The notes below the pieces were generated by a model, which had not been told where the DNA came from, did not search any database, and saw only the letters and a program-made list of their open reading frames with translations. A DNA stretch of 64,000 nucleotides from the human T2T-CHM13v2.0 reference genome, Homo sapiens: the NCBI RefSeq assembly GCF_009914755.1, contig NC_060925.1; one strand, given 5' to 3'. Both the position numbers and the translations under genes were made by a program. The first letter of the stretch is position 1. Every line of letters starts with the position of its first letter. Shown piece after piece: positions 18,186 to 53,379 of the stretch.

Positions 18186-18529
18186 CATGTAGAAGTCTTT
18201 AGAACAGTGCTTGGTACATAGTATGCACTCAATTTTGTAAGCTATTATCATCTATGACTTCTACAGAATCAACATTTTATGTTTCCTAAGAAGGAAGGTG
18301 ATAGAGGCATAAATTAGAATGAACATGTATGTTTACTTGTTTTTTTGCTTCCGAAGTCACTTTAGTCCTATGTCACTTCTAGGCCGTCAGACCATTATTG
18401 CAACCCACAACTTTTATACCTCTTTTTCAACTCCACATTACCCACCTCATATATGCCACTTTATTGCGTTGATTTCTAGAGTGTCATTTAAGTATGTGTG
18501 TCTCTGTGTGTGTGTATAAAATTGGCATA

Positions 18530-21035
<2,506 letters not shown>

Positions 21036-21039
21036 TAAG

Positions 21040-23356
<2,317 letters not shown>

Positions 23357-24299
23357 TCCTAAGGCCATATACAGGCTCATTCACTTTGGGTCTCCTTTCA
23401 TCCAGGCAAGCAGCTTTCTGTCTTTGCATTTTCCAAAGACTACAAAGCAGGCTGGGGTGGGGTGGGGTGGGGTGTAGAACACAGGAAACGCAGCCAGTTC
23501 CCCTTCACTTCTCACTATCTTGATCTCCTCCCAAACCAAAATCCTATGTCTTTCCTTTTAACATAGGCTTACAAAAATGCAGTTTTCTGTGGGAACATTG
23601 AGGTCATGCATTCCAAATTACTTAAGGGAACGATTTTTAAATTTTAGGAATCTAGTTCTCCAAGATATCCCGGCTTGGGATATAGATGAACGAGCTATTT
23701 GGGAGAGATTTAGACGAGAATGAATTTTAGAGAAGTAGCGAGGTGAGGAGAGAGTCAGCTTAGCGTTTGGGTTTTGCAGTCAAATTTCAGCAAGGCGAAC
23801 TAACCTCGCTGGTCTTAATTTTCTCATCGGTAAGAGGGAAAATAATAATGCTTACTTTGATGAATTACTTTACTTCAACATTTAAAAAACCGACTCTCCG
23901 TTATCTATTCTAATGATAAAAATATAGATAGAGCATCGTCCCCTGCTGTGAAAAATCTTATGAACAAGTGAATTGCGGTGAGGATTCACATAGTATGTGC
24001 TCAATAAACATTATTTTATTGTTTAGATTAGAAGAGGGGTGGAGGGAGAAATGAAAGTGGTTTGGAAACCCCAAACACTACCAAAGCCCTGGGGATGGAA
24101 GTAGAGAGGAATTTCGGGTTACGATTTGGTTCCGGGTCTGAGTTTCAACGTTGAATTCTCCCATATTTGGGCCTGAATTCTCAGAACAGAATAGGATGTA
24201 AGGGCTGAGATCATCTGGTACAGTTTTATGCAAATCGAAAATTCTTGCCTCTTGTCACTGTGCCCTGGCGAGAAACAACACCTCCACCCAAGCTCATCC

Positions 24300-25060
24300 A
24301 ATCTCAGCCCCAACTAGGTGACGTCATCTCCCCGCCCTGCATCCCCAAGCCTCGGGGAGTCCTGTCTCTAAGCTACAGTCCCAGCTCCAGTCCCAGCTCC
24401 AGTCCCAGCGGCGCCTGCGCACTTTGGACCGGGGCGGGGAGGACGCGTGCGCGCCGCGTGAGGGCGGGGCTAGTGCGCACGCAGCCTTAGCTCCTTCCCC
24501 GCCCTTGCTCTTCCCAGTTTCTCCGTCAGCCTGCGGGTCCCGGCTGGCGGCTGCTTCCGGTAGGAGAGCGGTGTAGAGCGAGCAGGTCTCAGCTCCTCGT
24601 CATGTCATACGGTCCCTTAGACATGTACCGGAACCCGGGGCCCTCGGGGCCCCAGCTCCGGGACTTCAGCAGCATCATCCAGACGTGCAGCGGCAACATC
24701 CAGCGGATCAGCCAAGCCAGTGAGCCGGGGTACCGAGCTGGGGGGCGGGAGCTGTCCCGGGGACAGGCCTGGGTGAGGCTGCCGGGACGCAGGGCCCGGC
24801 TGGGGCTACGGCCGAGGCCACACCTGGGGCTGTCTCGGGCTGTCCACCCTGGGGGCGGTGGGCTGCCATCCCCCAATCTGTCAGGCCCGGGTTGCCCGAG
24901 GGTCCCCGGCCCCAGCTGAAGCTTGAGCTGCTTCTCTGGAGTTCTGCCCCCACGGTGCTGGGACCAAAACAGCCGACTTGACAGCCCGAGGGTGGGAAGG
25001 GGAGTGTGTGTCACCTCGAGAGCTGTGAGTGCGTTGACTTGGCGCAGTGGTCAGCCGAGT
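24300..25060 (+). promoter_or_regulatory. STX12: STX12 CpG-island, TATA-less promoter and first exon region
   Basis: High GC/CpG; full CRE TGACGTCA 24319-24326; GC boxes 24431-24440 and 24461-24470; NRF1-like GTGCGCACGCAG 24473-24484; ETS CTTCCGG 24554-24560. Confidence 0.9.
24602..24719 (+). CDS. STX12: STX12 exon 1 coding part (MSYGPLDMYRNPGPSGPQLRDFSSIIQTCSGNIQRISQA)
   Basis: gtcATG start; donor GTGAGC at 24720; 118 nt, phase 1; recognised syntaxin-12 N-terminus. Confidence 0.96.
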
Positions 25061-25809
25061 TTCTCCTGTCACCCACCTTCCTCCCCACCCACCTCGCTTT
25101 CCTCTTAGACCAGTTTGGATGGGGTTGTTTACTGATTTAGCCTTTAGGTTTACATTCTGCTCAGCCCCTGGCTCCTCGGAAATCAGCAACTTTCAATTAA
25201 GGGAAGTGGAGAGTGCATGTGTTTGGGTGACTTCATACACAGTTCTTCCTGTAATGAATTCGGAAATCAGACACAATGACTGGTATTTGAAAGGTGGGAT
25301 GACTTCATTTTAATAAAGAGAATTCACCAACAGCATTTCAATTTACATTATTTTGTCTTTTGTAACAAATAATTGGGGTGTATTTTTGGATTTCAGGCAG
25401 ATGAGGCTTTTGTTTTCCTTCCCTACTTAGCTGCTCTTGAACAAATCTGGTACACAGGGAAGCTAAGACACTTAGCCACAACCACATAGCAAGTAAGGCA
25501 TGGTAGAGTTGTTGGTGGAATTCAGAATGCTATTGCTTGTCTTAAAACTCCCTCCTCCCCATTAGGGTCTGAGTGAAACTGTAGCTGAATGAGTCAAATA
25601 CAGGGTGTTTCTTGTGCTTGAAAATCATCTTGGAGCCTTATAAACAGGAGATCAGCAGCAGCTTTACTTGGAAAGAATGGTGGTCATCATCCTTGTTGTT
25701 TATTATTGTTTTGTGAGCTTGGCGTACTCTGTTAATAGGTAGAACTAGTTAGTCCTGAATTACAATTATATTCTATATTTTAAAGAGTGTCACTTTGCTT
25801 TCGTTTTTA

Positions 25810-36000
<10,191 letters not shown>

Positions 36001-37389
36001 AGTCCTGCTTCTCTGGGTTCCAGTAAACTACGACACTGTTGTCCTTATGATTTGAGTTTTAGGGTATCTGATACCTGAGTCTTGCTGGAAACTTTAAAGA
36101 AAATATCTTAATATTTAGGAATTTAGAAAGTGTTAAGGCTTAGATTAATTCTGGTGCTTAGCTAGCAAATGACCCTATAATATTCCCAACACCCCCACTT
36201 CCTCAACCCCTCCCTATCTTTCCACCCCCCAAATTTAGGTCATCCCAACAAAGGAAATCAGAAAAGTCTAGATGAAGAAGAGTTCTCCACTGAGAATATG
36301 CAGAGAACAGCTGATTATTAATTGATTTTTTCATATTCTATAAAATTCCCATAGCTCTGTAGCTTATTTAATAAATTTTGATAGATGATTAATAACTTGA
36401 TACTTTGGCATACTTCTAAAGTTTCTAAGGAATGCTCTACTTTTTAAAGACACTCAATAAGAAAAGACCTATTTCCTTGACTTTTTTTGTCAGATCTACG
36501 TTTACATGTTATCATATATTCAACCATTTTCTGGATGGGTGTGTGTGTGTTGGGAGGAGTTATACATACACAAAAATGAGTAGAATGCAGTCCCTGCCTT
36601 CTAGAGGGATATAGTCAGTCCAGTCCTGTTTGTACCTTGCATTTATGAAGTTAAGAAAGTCACAGGTGGAACCTTTCTAAGCCAAACTTTCGGGTTGCAA
36701 AAGTACTCCTTGGTTACACAGCATAATTCTTTGACTGGAGCTATTTCACTGTTATTGAATTTTGGAATTGAGCAGTGGTGGGAGTACTTAGAGATCATTT
36801 AGTTCTTACATAGTTGTAAGGATTTAATGAGATAAAATAAAAACCTTACACAAATAGTTTAAGTATTCAGTAAATGTCAGTGAAATCTGAATATCATCTA
36901 TAATTGGTGAAAAAGAGACCCAGTCAAATGAAATGACTTGCTTAGTGCCCTGCATCTAGTTAGTCGTCAAGTCTGGCTTAGATTTCAGGCCTCATTATTC
37001 CTAGCTTATATTCTTCATTCATATCTTCTGCCTCAAAGAGCTTGCCAGAATGGAAAAGGGAGGCTAACTCAATTAATCAGTAATTGATTATGTATCACCT
37101 GGGTGCCTGGCACTCTGCTGAACTCTAGTGAGTACAGAGGAGTGTTCCCATAGGTGCCAGGGAGCTGGAGAAGGGAGCAGGTTAGAGGAAGGACATCAGC
37201 CTATCTGGAGCAGAGACCTATTAACTTAGGTATCAGATAAGTAGGGTGGGGCTAAGTGGAACACTGGGAAATCTAGGCCTGCCCTGTGTGACTACATTCT
37301 TTTTCCTGTAAGAGTCAGCCTTTTGAGAGACTGTAATGTGGCACATTCCACTGCAGTTAGCCCTGGGTTTAAATTCTGGTTGTAATGAC

Positions 37390-37968
37390 ACTCTGTTCAA
37401 AACCTACCAGTGATTTCCCACTTCATTAAAATTCAAAGTCCTCATAATTGTTTGCAAGGCCCTATACAATCTGGGTCCCTACTACCTCCTTGGCCACCTC
37501 TCTGCTGTCTCTTGCTCACTCTGCTCTAGCCACCCTGGCCTCCATCACATCAAGTACCCTTGCTTTGGGGACTTTGTACTGATTACTCTCTTCTCCTAGA
37601 ATGCTTCTCCCCAAGATAGCTGTGTGGCTTGATCTTTCACTTTGGATCTCAGCTCAGTGTCACCTTATCAGAGAGGTCTCTCTGACCACTCTATATAACT
37701 AGTATCCTCTGCCCACCACTGTCACTTCAGCTCTTAACTGAATTTATTTCTTTTTATACTCTGACCACTCTGTATAACTAGTATCCTCTGCCCACCGCTG
37801 TCACCTCAGCTTTTACCTGAATTTATTTCTCTTTATACCATTTTTCACTACCTGATATGTTTATTGTCTATCTCTTTTCCTTAGAAGACTCTCGAAGGCA
37901 AGTGTCTTCTAGGACATGGAATAGTGTAGAGTAGATACTCTACTCTGAATGAATGAATGAATGAATGA
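37390..37968 (+). mobile_element. L2 3' end containing a 79-bp tandem duplication
   Basis: L2 motifs (gcaaggccctatacaatctgg, ctagaatgcttctcccc) and (TGAA)n tail at about 37946-37967. Confidence 0.75.
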
Positions 37969-38474
37969 GTTCTGTAACTCTCAGGAGCCTCATTGTGCTC
38001 ATATGCAACAATGGAATAATAATACTTACTTAAAGGATTGTTGGAGTCAAATAAGTTAATGCTTGTCAAGCCCAGTGTCTAGTACCTCATAGTAGATGCT
38101 CAGTAAATGAAAATTCATGCCCTCTTTCATAAATTATTTTTATGGCTGTCCAGTTAATAGCTTTAGTTGTATCCTGATTCCCATTTGACTTAGATAAGAA
38201 GGACATACCACATGTTAGTGATGAAGAAAAGTGGTTGTCACACATAATGCTATCTTAGCAGAATGCAGTAATTATAGTGCTTATAATTGGAACCATGGAA
38301 CCACTGAGCTATAGTGGTTCCTCACTTAGTAGAATAGATATCTTTTAGAGAAGTCTTGTCAAAAGGCAAAATTTGAATTAAGTGAATCCTATATTTCTGT
38401 TATAAAACTGGAATCACATTTTTGTTAGGAAAATATGGTCTCAAAATAAGATGAAATCATAATCTGAAGTGCTA

Positions 38475-39035
<561 letters not shown>

Positions 39036-40023
39036 TTACTGATCTTGGTGACCAAATTAGGGACAAGATTATGACTGTGTCCCCCAAATATTGTTATTTT
39101 AAAGAGTACCATTACCAAAAAGTAAATTTGGAACAATTAATTTTTAAATTTCAAAATTCTAATAAGTGAAGGTTCTTTCTTGTTGGACATGGGAGCATTA
39201 TATGTATACTGTTTCTATAATATTCACAAATTATACAATATACATTGGTCTCCTCATTTTCTTCCACTGAACTAGTCATTTAGCAGGCTGGTGTTTCACA
39301 AGTGAAACTGGCATTAATCCAGAGAGGATAGAAAGGGCTCTCACAAAGAAAGCTGAATGGCTGGAAGAGCCTTATACTTATTGTGTTATGTGATTTCTTG
39401 AAGTTCTGTTGAAACTTGATGGTAAGTGTGTTACTTCTGGGCAATGAGTACTCTATTCATATGTTCTGTACTCCAGCTACTTGTAATAGAAGACAGTGAA
39501 TGCTCTTGGAAAACAAGCAAGCAAACAAGAAATCATATAACTAACTTCCAACCTCTATGAATGAATAAATCTCCCCCACCCTCCCCAGTAACCAGAAAAA
39601 GAAAATAGAAAGCAAGGCATAAAATAAATGAAGGGCTCTATTGTTGCAGAAATCAGTAAGGGACAGGAGTGTTCAGAGTCCCAGGCAGGCTGGCGTTAGA
39701 GTGTTCCTCCTTATTGATAGATGATCAGTTCCTCTGGACCTCTGCTTTCTTGGTCTAGGATAGGAGTTAAACATCCAGGATTCAAACATGACCATTCCTA
39801 GTCTTAGCAAATATCTAGGAAAAGGTAGAGAAGGCTGAACAAAACCATATGTTTGACTGTATTATGGTATAGACAGCACAGTTGAAAGAACATAGCCATT
39901 GGAATCTGATGTACTGGGCATTGAATTTTTGCTCTGCTACTTATTAATTGTGTATGCTTGTATAAGATACTTAATCTCTCTAAATACACTTCCTTACCTG
40001 CAAAATGGAAGTATATCTACTAA

Positions 40024-40331
40024 GGCCAGGCGTGGTGGCTCACGACTGTAATCCCAGGACTTTGGGAGGCCGAGGCGAGTGGATCACAAGGTCAGGAAAT
40101 CCAGACCATCCTGGCTAACATGGTGAAAACCCGTCTCTACTAATAATACAAAAAAATTAATCGGGCGTGGTGGCAGGCGCCTGTAGTCCCAGCTACTCAG
40201 GAGGCTGAGGCAGGAGAATGGCATGAACCCAGGAGGCGGAGCTTGCGTGAGCTGAGATCGTGCCACTGCACTCCAGCCTGGGTGACAGAGTGAGACTCCA
40301 TCTCAAAAAAAAAAAATAAATAAATAAAAAA
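40024..40331 (+). mobile_element. AluY-like, inserted in a MIR
   Basis: gaatggcatgaacc and ggcggagcttgc; target-site duplication aagta(t/c)atctact. Confidence 0.9.
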
Positions 40332-40855
40332 GTACATCTACTGGAGATTGCTGTTGTGAAAATTAATAACAGAGTGTATACAAAGCTCTTAGTATATAGT
40401 GCCTGGCACTTAGAGGTGCTCAATTGGTGGTAACCCATTATTAGTAATAAGTATACATTGTCTTTCCAAAAATGTTTGCTATAGAAAAATTATTGTATTT
40501 GACTTGATTTTTTTTTTATTGTTGCAAATTGATATCTGGCCTAGAGGCCCTTCTAAAGGTGTTGAAATTTTTAACCATTGCAATAGGAGATCTAGGAAAA
40601 CTAGCAAATTTTAGGGGGATGATAAAACTACCACCTTCTACTTTGTGACACAGTTACTCTATAGGAGAAAGGTGAACCTTGTAATTAGTTTTTGGAGGAA
40701 TGTGTGTGTCAAGGTTTTGATCATAGCATGGTCTCTATTAGTTGCATGTATTAATACTTATTCTGAATGGGAAGAGACCAGGAATCTTAGAAGTAGGGTA
40801 CTCATGATGAATGTATTTTTCTTTTAAATAAATCTTTTTCTTCCTATCTCCCCAG

Positions 40856-40925
40856 CTGCTCAGATAAAGAATTTGATGAGCCAGCTAGGAACTAAGCAGG
40901 ACTCAAGCAAGCTACAGGAAAATCT
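40856..40925 (+). CDS. STX12: STX12 exon 2 (TAQIKNLMSQLGTKQDSSKLQENL), Habc domain
   Basis: Strong pyrimidine tract plus cccag; donor GTGAGT at 40926; 70 nt, phase 1 to 2. Confidence 0.95.
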
Positions 40926-41293
40926 GTGAGTAACTTCCTGACAAGGTTGGGTTTTGTGAGGGCCATTTGAGGACACAGTGTCCTTGCCAGACAGCAGCTT
41001 AGGTTTCAGGTCTGGGAAGTCAGAATGAGAGGCAGTGGGTCATGAGATAAGAGCTGGATCTAAAAGAGGGGCGGGGCAACAAAGTATATTAATGGATTGT
41101 AATTTCCGTTGCCTTTCAAAGTCTTTGAACTCTGGTTCTTTCTCCTCTTGGGCAGTTTAGCAGAACAATTTAGGGAAGTAGAAAAGGGAATTCGTACCAC
41201 TATTAAACTATATTCTGCTCACAACTCTGCCTAAATGAGCTTCCTTGTTGGCGTAGGACTCCTCATGATCTAGTCTAACTGGATTTCCAGCTA

Positions 41294-43666
<2,373 letters not shown>

Positions 43667-43881
43667 CAAGCAATATTTTTTGTTTCCTACCCTAGACAGT
43701 GTGAGGTAAGAGAATGACTATTATTGTGAGCTTTTTCCAGGGAAATGTGAAATATCTCTGGATATTTTCTACTGCCTGGGATGTTCAAGCCACTGATTGG
43801 GTACCTCTTGCTTTTGACTCCTTTTTTTTAAATCCTGGAGGCCCATTTGCAGTACAGAAAAACCATTAATAATTAGTGTGG

Positions 43882-44061
43882 TGTGTTAGCCCATTTGGGC
43901 TACTATAACAAAATACCATAAACTGAGTAGTTTATAAACAACAACTTTATTTCCATGATCTAATCACCCTCCAAAGGACCCCATCTCCTAATATTATCAC
44001 CTCGGGAATTAGGATTTCAACATATGAATTTTGCAGGGACACTAACATTCAGATCATAGCA
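43882..44061 (-). mobile_element. Internally deleted MaLR (MST/MLT1A-like) solo LTR
   Basis: tgtgttagcccatttgggctactataac ... aacattcagatcatagca; perfect 5-bp target-site duplication tgtgg. Confidence 0.8.
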
Positions 44062-44827
44062 TGTGGTTTCACTGTCGTCTCAGAAAGCCTTTGTAGAAAT
44101 GGCTGGATAGTAGAGGAAACCACAAATGAAAAGAGTACTTTTTGTATTTCTACTACTTTAAGTTCCACTTAATATACTACATATTCTTTCCTCTTCAATT
44201 CCCCTTCCTCCCTACTCCTTTTGTATTTTTAACAGGTAAGGCTTCTTTGTTTTGGAGGGAAGAGCCAGAAACTCAGGTATAAAGAGCAGGTAGGAAGCCA
44301 AGGATAAGGCTAGAAAAGAGCCAGCTTTTTAAAGCAAGAGCATGGGATTAGATGTTTGGAGGTTGTTCCCTAGGGTAGGTAGGAAGCTACGCTTTTAATG
44401 CACATTTCATCTAACTGTCTGTGCCTAGATTCTAGTCAGTGGACTGTGGCAGTCAACTCCTGGACAATAAGAGAGTTCAGTATGTTTAAACTACTTGATT
44501 TAGGTGTGGGCGGCAATTGTTCTTTTTATATTTTTATCAGAACTGCTGATATGCTTTTCTTCTCTTCCCAAAGAGTTAAAATTCCCGATCTGTGCTTTCT
44601 TCAGCAGGCTATTGAAGCAGATTCTTTCTGCTCAGTGAAGATACCTTGAAGTGGGTTTGCCTGGGTAATATTTCTGGAATTTTGTTGTGAACCTGGGCAT
44701 CTAGGGACTCATTTCTTCAAATGGCCCTTCATTCCCTACGTTATGAGACACTCTGAGAACAAAGTGGTTCTGTGTATAACCCTCTCAAGAAGTGACAACA
44801 TCCTGAAACATATCTTTTCTCTCTTAG

Positions 44828-44927
44828 GCAACAGTTACAACACTCCACAAATCAGCTCGCCAAGGAAACAAATGAATTGCTGAAAGAATTAGGGTCCTTG
44901 CCCCTTCCCTTATCTACTTCAGAACAG
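44828..44927 (+). CDS. STX12: STX12 exon 3 (QQLQHSTNQLAKETNELLKELGSLPLPLSTSEQ)
   Basis: ctcttag acceptor; donor GTTGGT at 44928; 100 nt, phase 2 to 0. Confidence 0.95.
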
Positions 44928-45289
44928 GTTGGTATTTTCTGTTTTGTTTATTAATAGGAAAGGACTTTGTGTTAGTAGAAAGGCAGTGTGTAGAACAAAA
45001 AAAAAATAAGTTGGCCTTTGGTGCTAGATAGATAGACCTCCTCTGCACCTCAGTTTCTTATCCATCAAGTGGGGGATATGTGACTGTTGGGGCAATAGAA
45101 AGAATGTACACACCAGATGTGGCAAAGTGTCTGCGTCTGGTAGGTAATCAATATGTGGTGGCTGCTGCTATTATTAACATTATTAATATATTAATAAAAT
45201 GGAGTTAACTGAAGAGAAATCTCAACATTTGCATCTCTTTGGGGTTTGGCTAGCAGTTTTATGTTTGTAGGCTTCCTCCTTTCTCCTAG

Positions 45290-48652
<3,363 letters not shown>

Positions 48653-49168
48653 ATTCACTTTTTTTCTGTTTCCTTTGATCCTCTTGCCTATCCCGTCTGC
48701 CCTGAAACTTTCTTCTTGCCATGATTCTCTTTCATTGTGTCCCCCAACTCTGGAGATCCCCAGGTTGAGTCAGCCTCCTTCCCGGACTTCATATCCTCCT
48801 AAGAGTGGGCATGCCCCAAGGTTGTGCCATTGATCCTCGAATTATTTCACTGTATGCTTTCTCCTTAGGAGTCACCTGCTTTTATGACCTCCCTTTCACC
48901 TTTATGATCATGACCTCAGATCTTTTTCCAATCTAACCCCTTCACCTCTAAGTGCGTGGCCCATATCTTCAATTCATGTTCTGACATCTCCTCCTGAAAT
49001 AAACTACCTTCATATAAAACTTGTCTTATACTGAGTTTCTCATGTTTCTCCCAAACCCCTTAACTAAGTTCATTGACAATACTTAACATCACAGAAAAGT
49101 TTGTGCCTTTTGACCTAATATTCTCACTCATGCTAATTAGCCCTAAGGGGAAAAAAAATTCTGAAGGT

Positions 49169-49170
<2 letters not shown>

Positions 49171-49205
<35 letters not shown>
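49171..49205. repeat. (CA)n microsatellite
   Basis: About 17 AC units. Confidence 0.95.
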
Positions 49206-49209
<4 letters not shown>

Positions 49210-49544
49210 CTATATACTCTGGAGCCAAATTTCCTGGATTTAAATCCATCTTTGTCACTTACTGTGTGATCCTGGGCAAATTACATAGCCTCTGTGGTGC
49301 TTTGGTTTTCTGATGTGTAAAGTTGGGACTATAATAATGCCTAATTTATAGGTCATTGTATAGATAAATGAATTATTATGTAAAGCACTTACAGTAGTAC
49401 TGGTACAATTTAAGCACTATATAAATATTAGCCATTACATTGGGGCTTACTTTATAATATTTAATAACTGTGAAAAATCTAGAAGGATTATTTACATAAA
49501 ATTTAGGTCAACTTGATGGAATATATGTAAGCGATTAAAGATCA

Positions 49545-50249
<705 letters not shown>

Positions 50250-50746
50250 AAAAAAAAAAAAAACAAAAACATAATTGTGAAGAGTATGGTAACATGGAAA
50301 ATGTTTATGATGTATTTAAAAGTTATGATAATATTTTTGCACGGTAAGGTTAGGGAATGATGTCCTCCCCGTTATTGTTATAATTTTGTTTATGCAAAAA
50401 TAAAAATCTCAGAAGAAAAGGGTTGCTCATCTAAATTTGCTTTTAGTATTACCATCACTCTTCCAGGTTTGAAATTTCAGTCATTCTTGACTTTATCTCT
50501 CTTTCCCCACCACCAGTCAAAATGTTTCTTAAATTCATTTCTTTATGATTTTATTACTGATACTGTGTCCTCCTAACCTTAAACCTAGACTATTGAATTA
50601 GTGTTCTGTTTGACTTGTTTCTTTTTTCCATTCCACCTTTGTGTAAACGGTGACCCAGGTCTCATCACAGACTAATTTTTCTAAGTTACTATTTTGTACC
50701 CATGATGTTTCTTGCTCAAAAATCTTCATTGCTCTTTGTTCTTTAG

Positions 50747-52720
<1,974 letters not shown>

Positions 52721-52972
52721 GAAGAAGAAGTTAAATGCAACCCAGTTCCAGGTTTGTCAGAATGAAAGAAGAAAAATTCTGACTTGGTCTATAGTATTAA
52801 CCAGGGACTTGAGCTAGCAAAGAGCAAATTTATTAATTTAAAGAAGAGACTATTTCATAATAATTTTCCTAGTTGGAAATCTTTAAGGGGTATAATTTTA
52901 CTTTTAAGGGAAATTAAAACCAAATGATTCTGGGTTAATATGAAATCTCAAGTTCTTGCTTGATTTCCTTAG

Positions 52973-53110
52973 CGCCAGCAGAGACTTCAGAAGGAACGCC
53001 TCATGAATGACTTCTCTGCAGCCTTAAACAATTTCCAGGCTGTGCAGAGAAGGGTATCTGAAAAGGAAAAGGAGAGTATTGCCAGAGCAAGAGCTGGATC
53101 TCGTCTTTCT
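52973..53110 (+). CDS. STX12: STX12 exon 4 (RQQRLQKERLMNDFSAALNNFQAVQRRVSEKEKESIARARAGSRLS)
   Basis: ccttag acceptor; donor GTAAGT at 53111; 138 nt, phase 0/0. Confidence 0.96.
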
Positions 53111-53379
53111 GTAAGTTGATTCCCAAAAGAAGACCTTTGCAATATCAGAATGTTCTTTTCCAAGTTTGTGGGTTTTTTTCTTTTTCTCTTTGACCAATAA
53201 ACATGTAAGTTAGCTGCTGTGAAAATGGCAGGTTGGTGTAACCTATGTAAAAAACATATATGCATGTGATCAAAGCCTAGAAAGGAATCTGAATGAAGGT
53301 TAAGAGATATAGGAGGAAGAACTATGTCTAATTTTCTTTTTCATTTTGATATATTGGTTTTAACGTTAAAAACTTGAAA

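Noticed and set aside
24245-25189. Overlapping Pro/Gly/Arg-rich ORFs on both strands
   Set aside because: Stop codons are scarce in a CpG island; only 24602-24719 has splice and homology support
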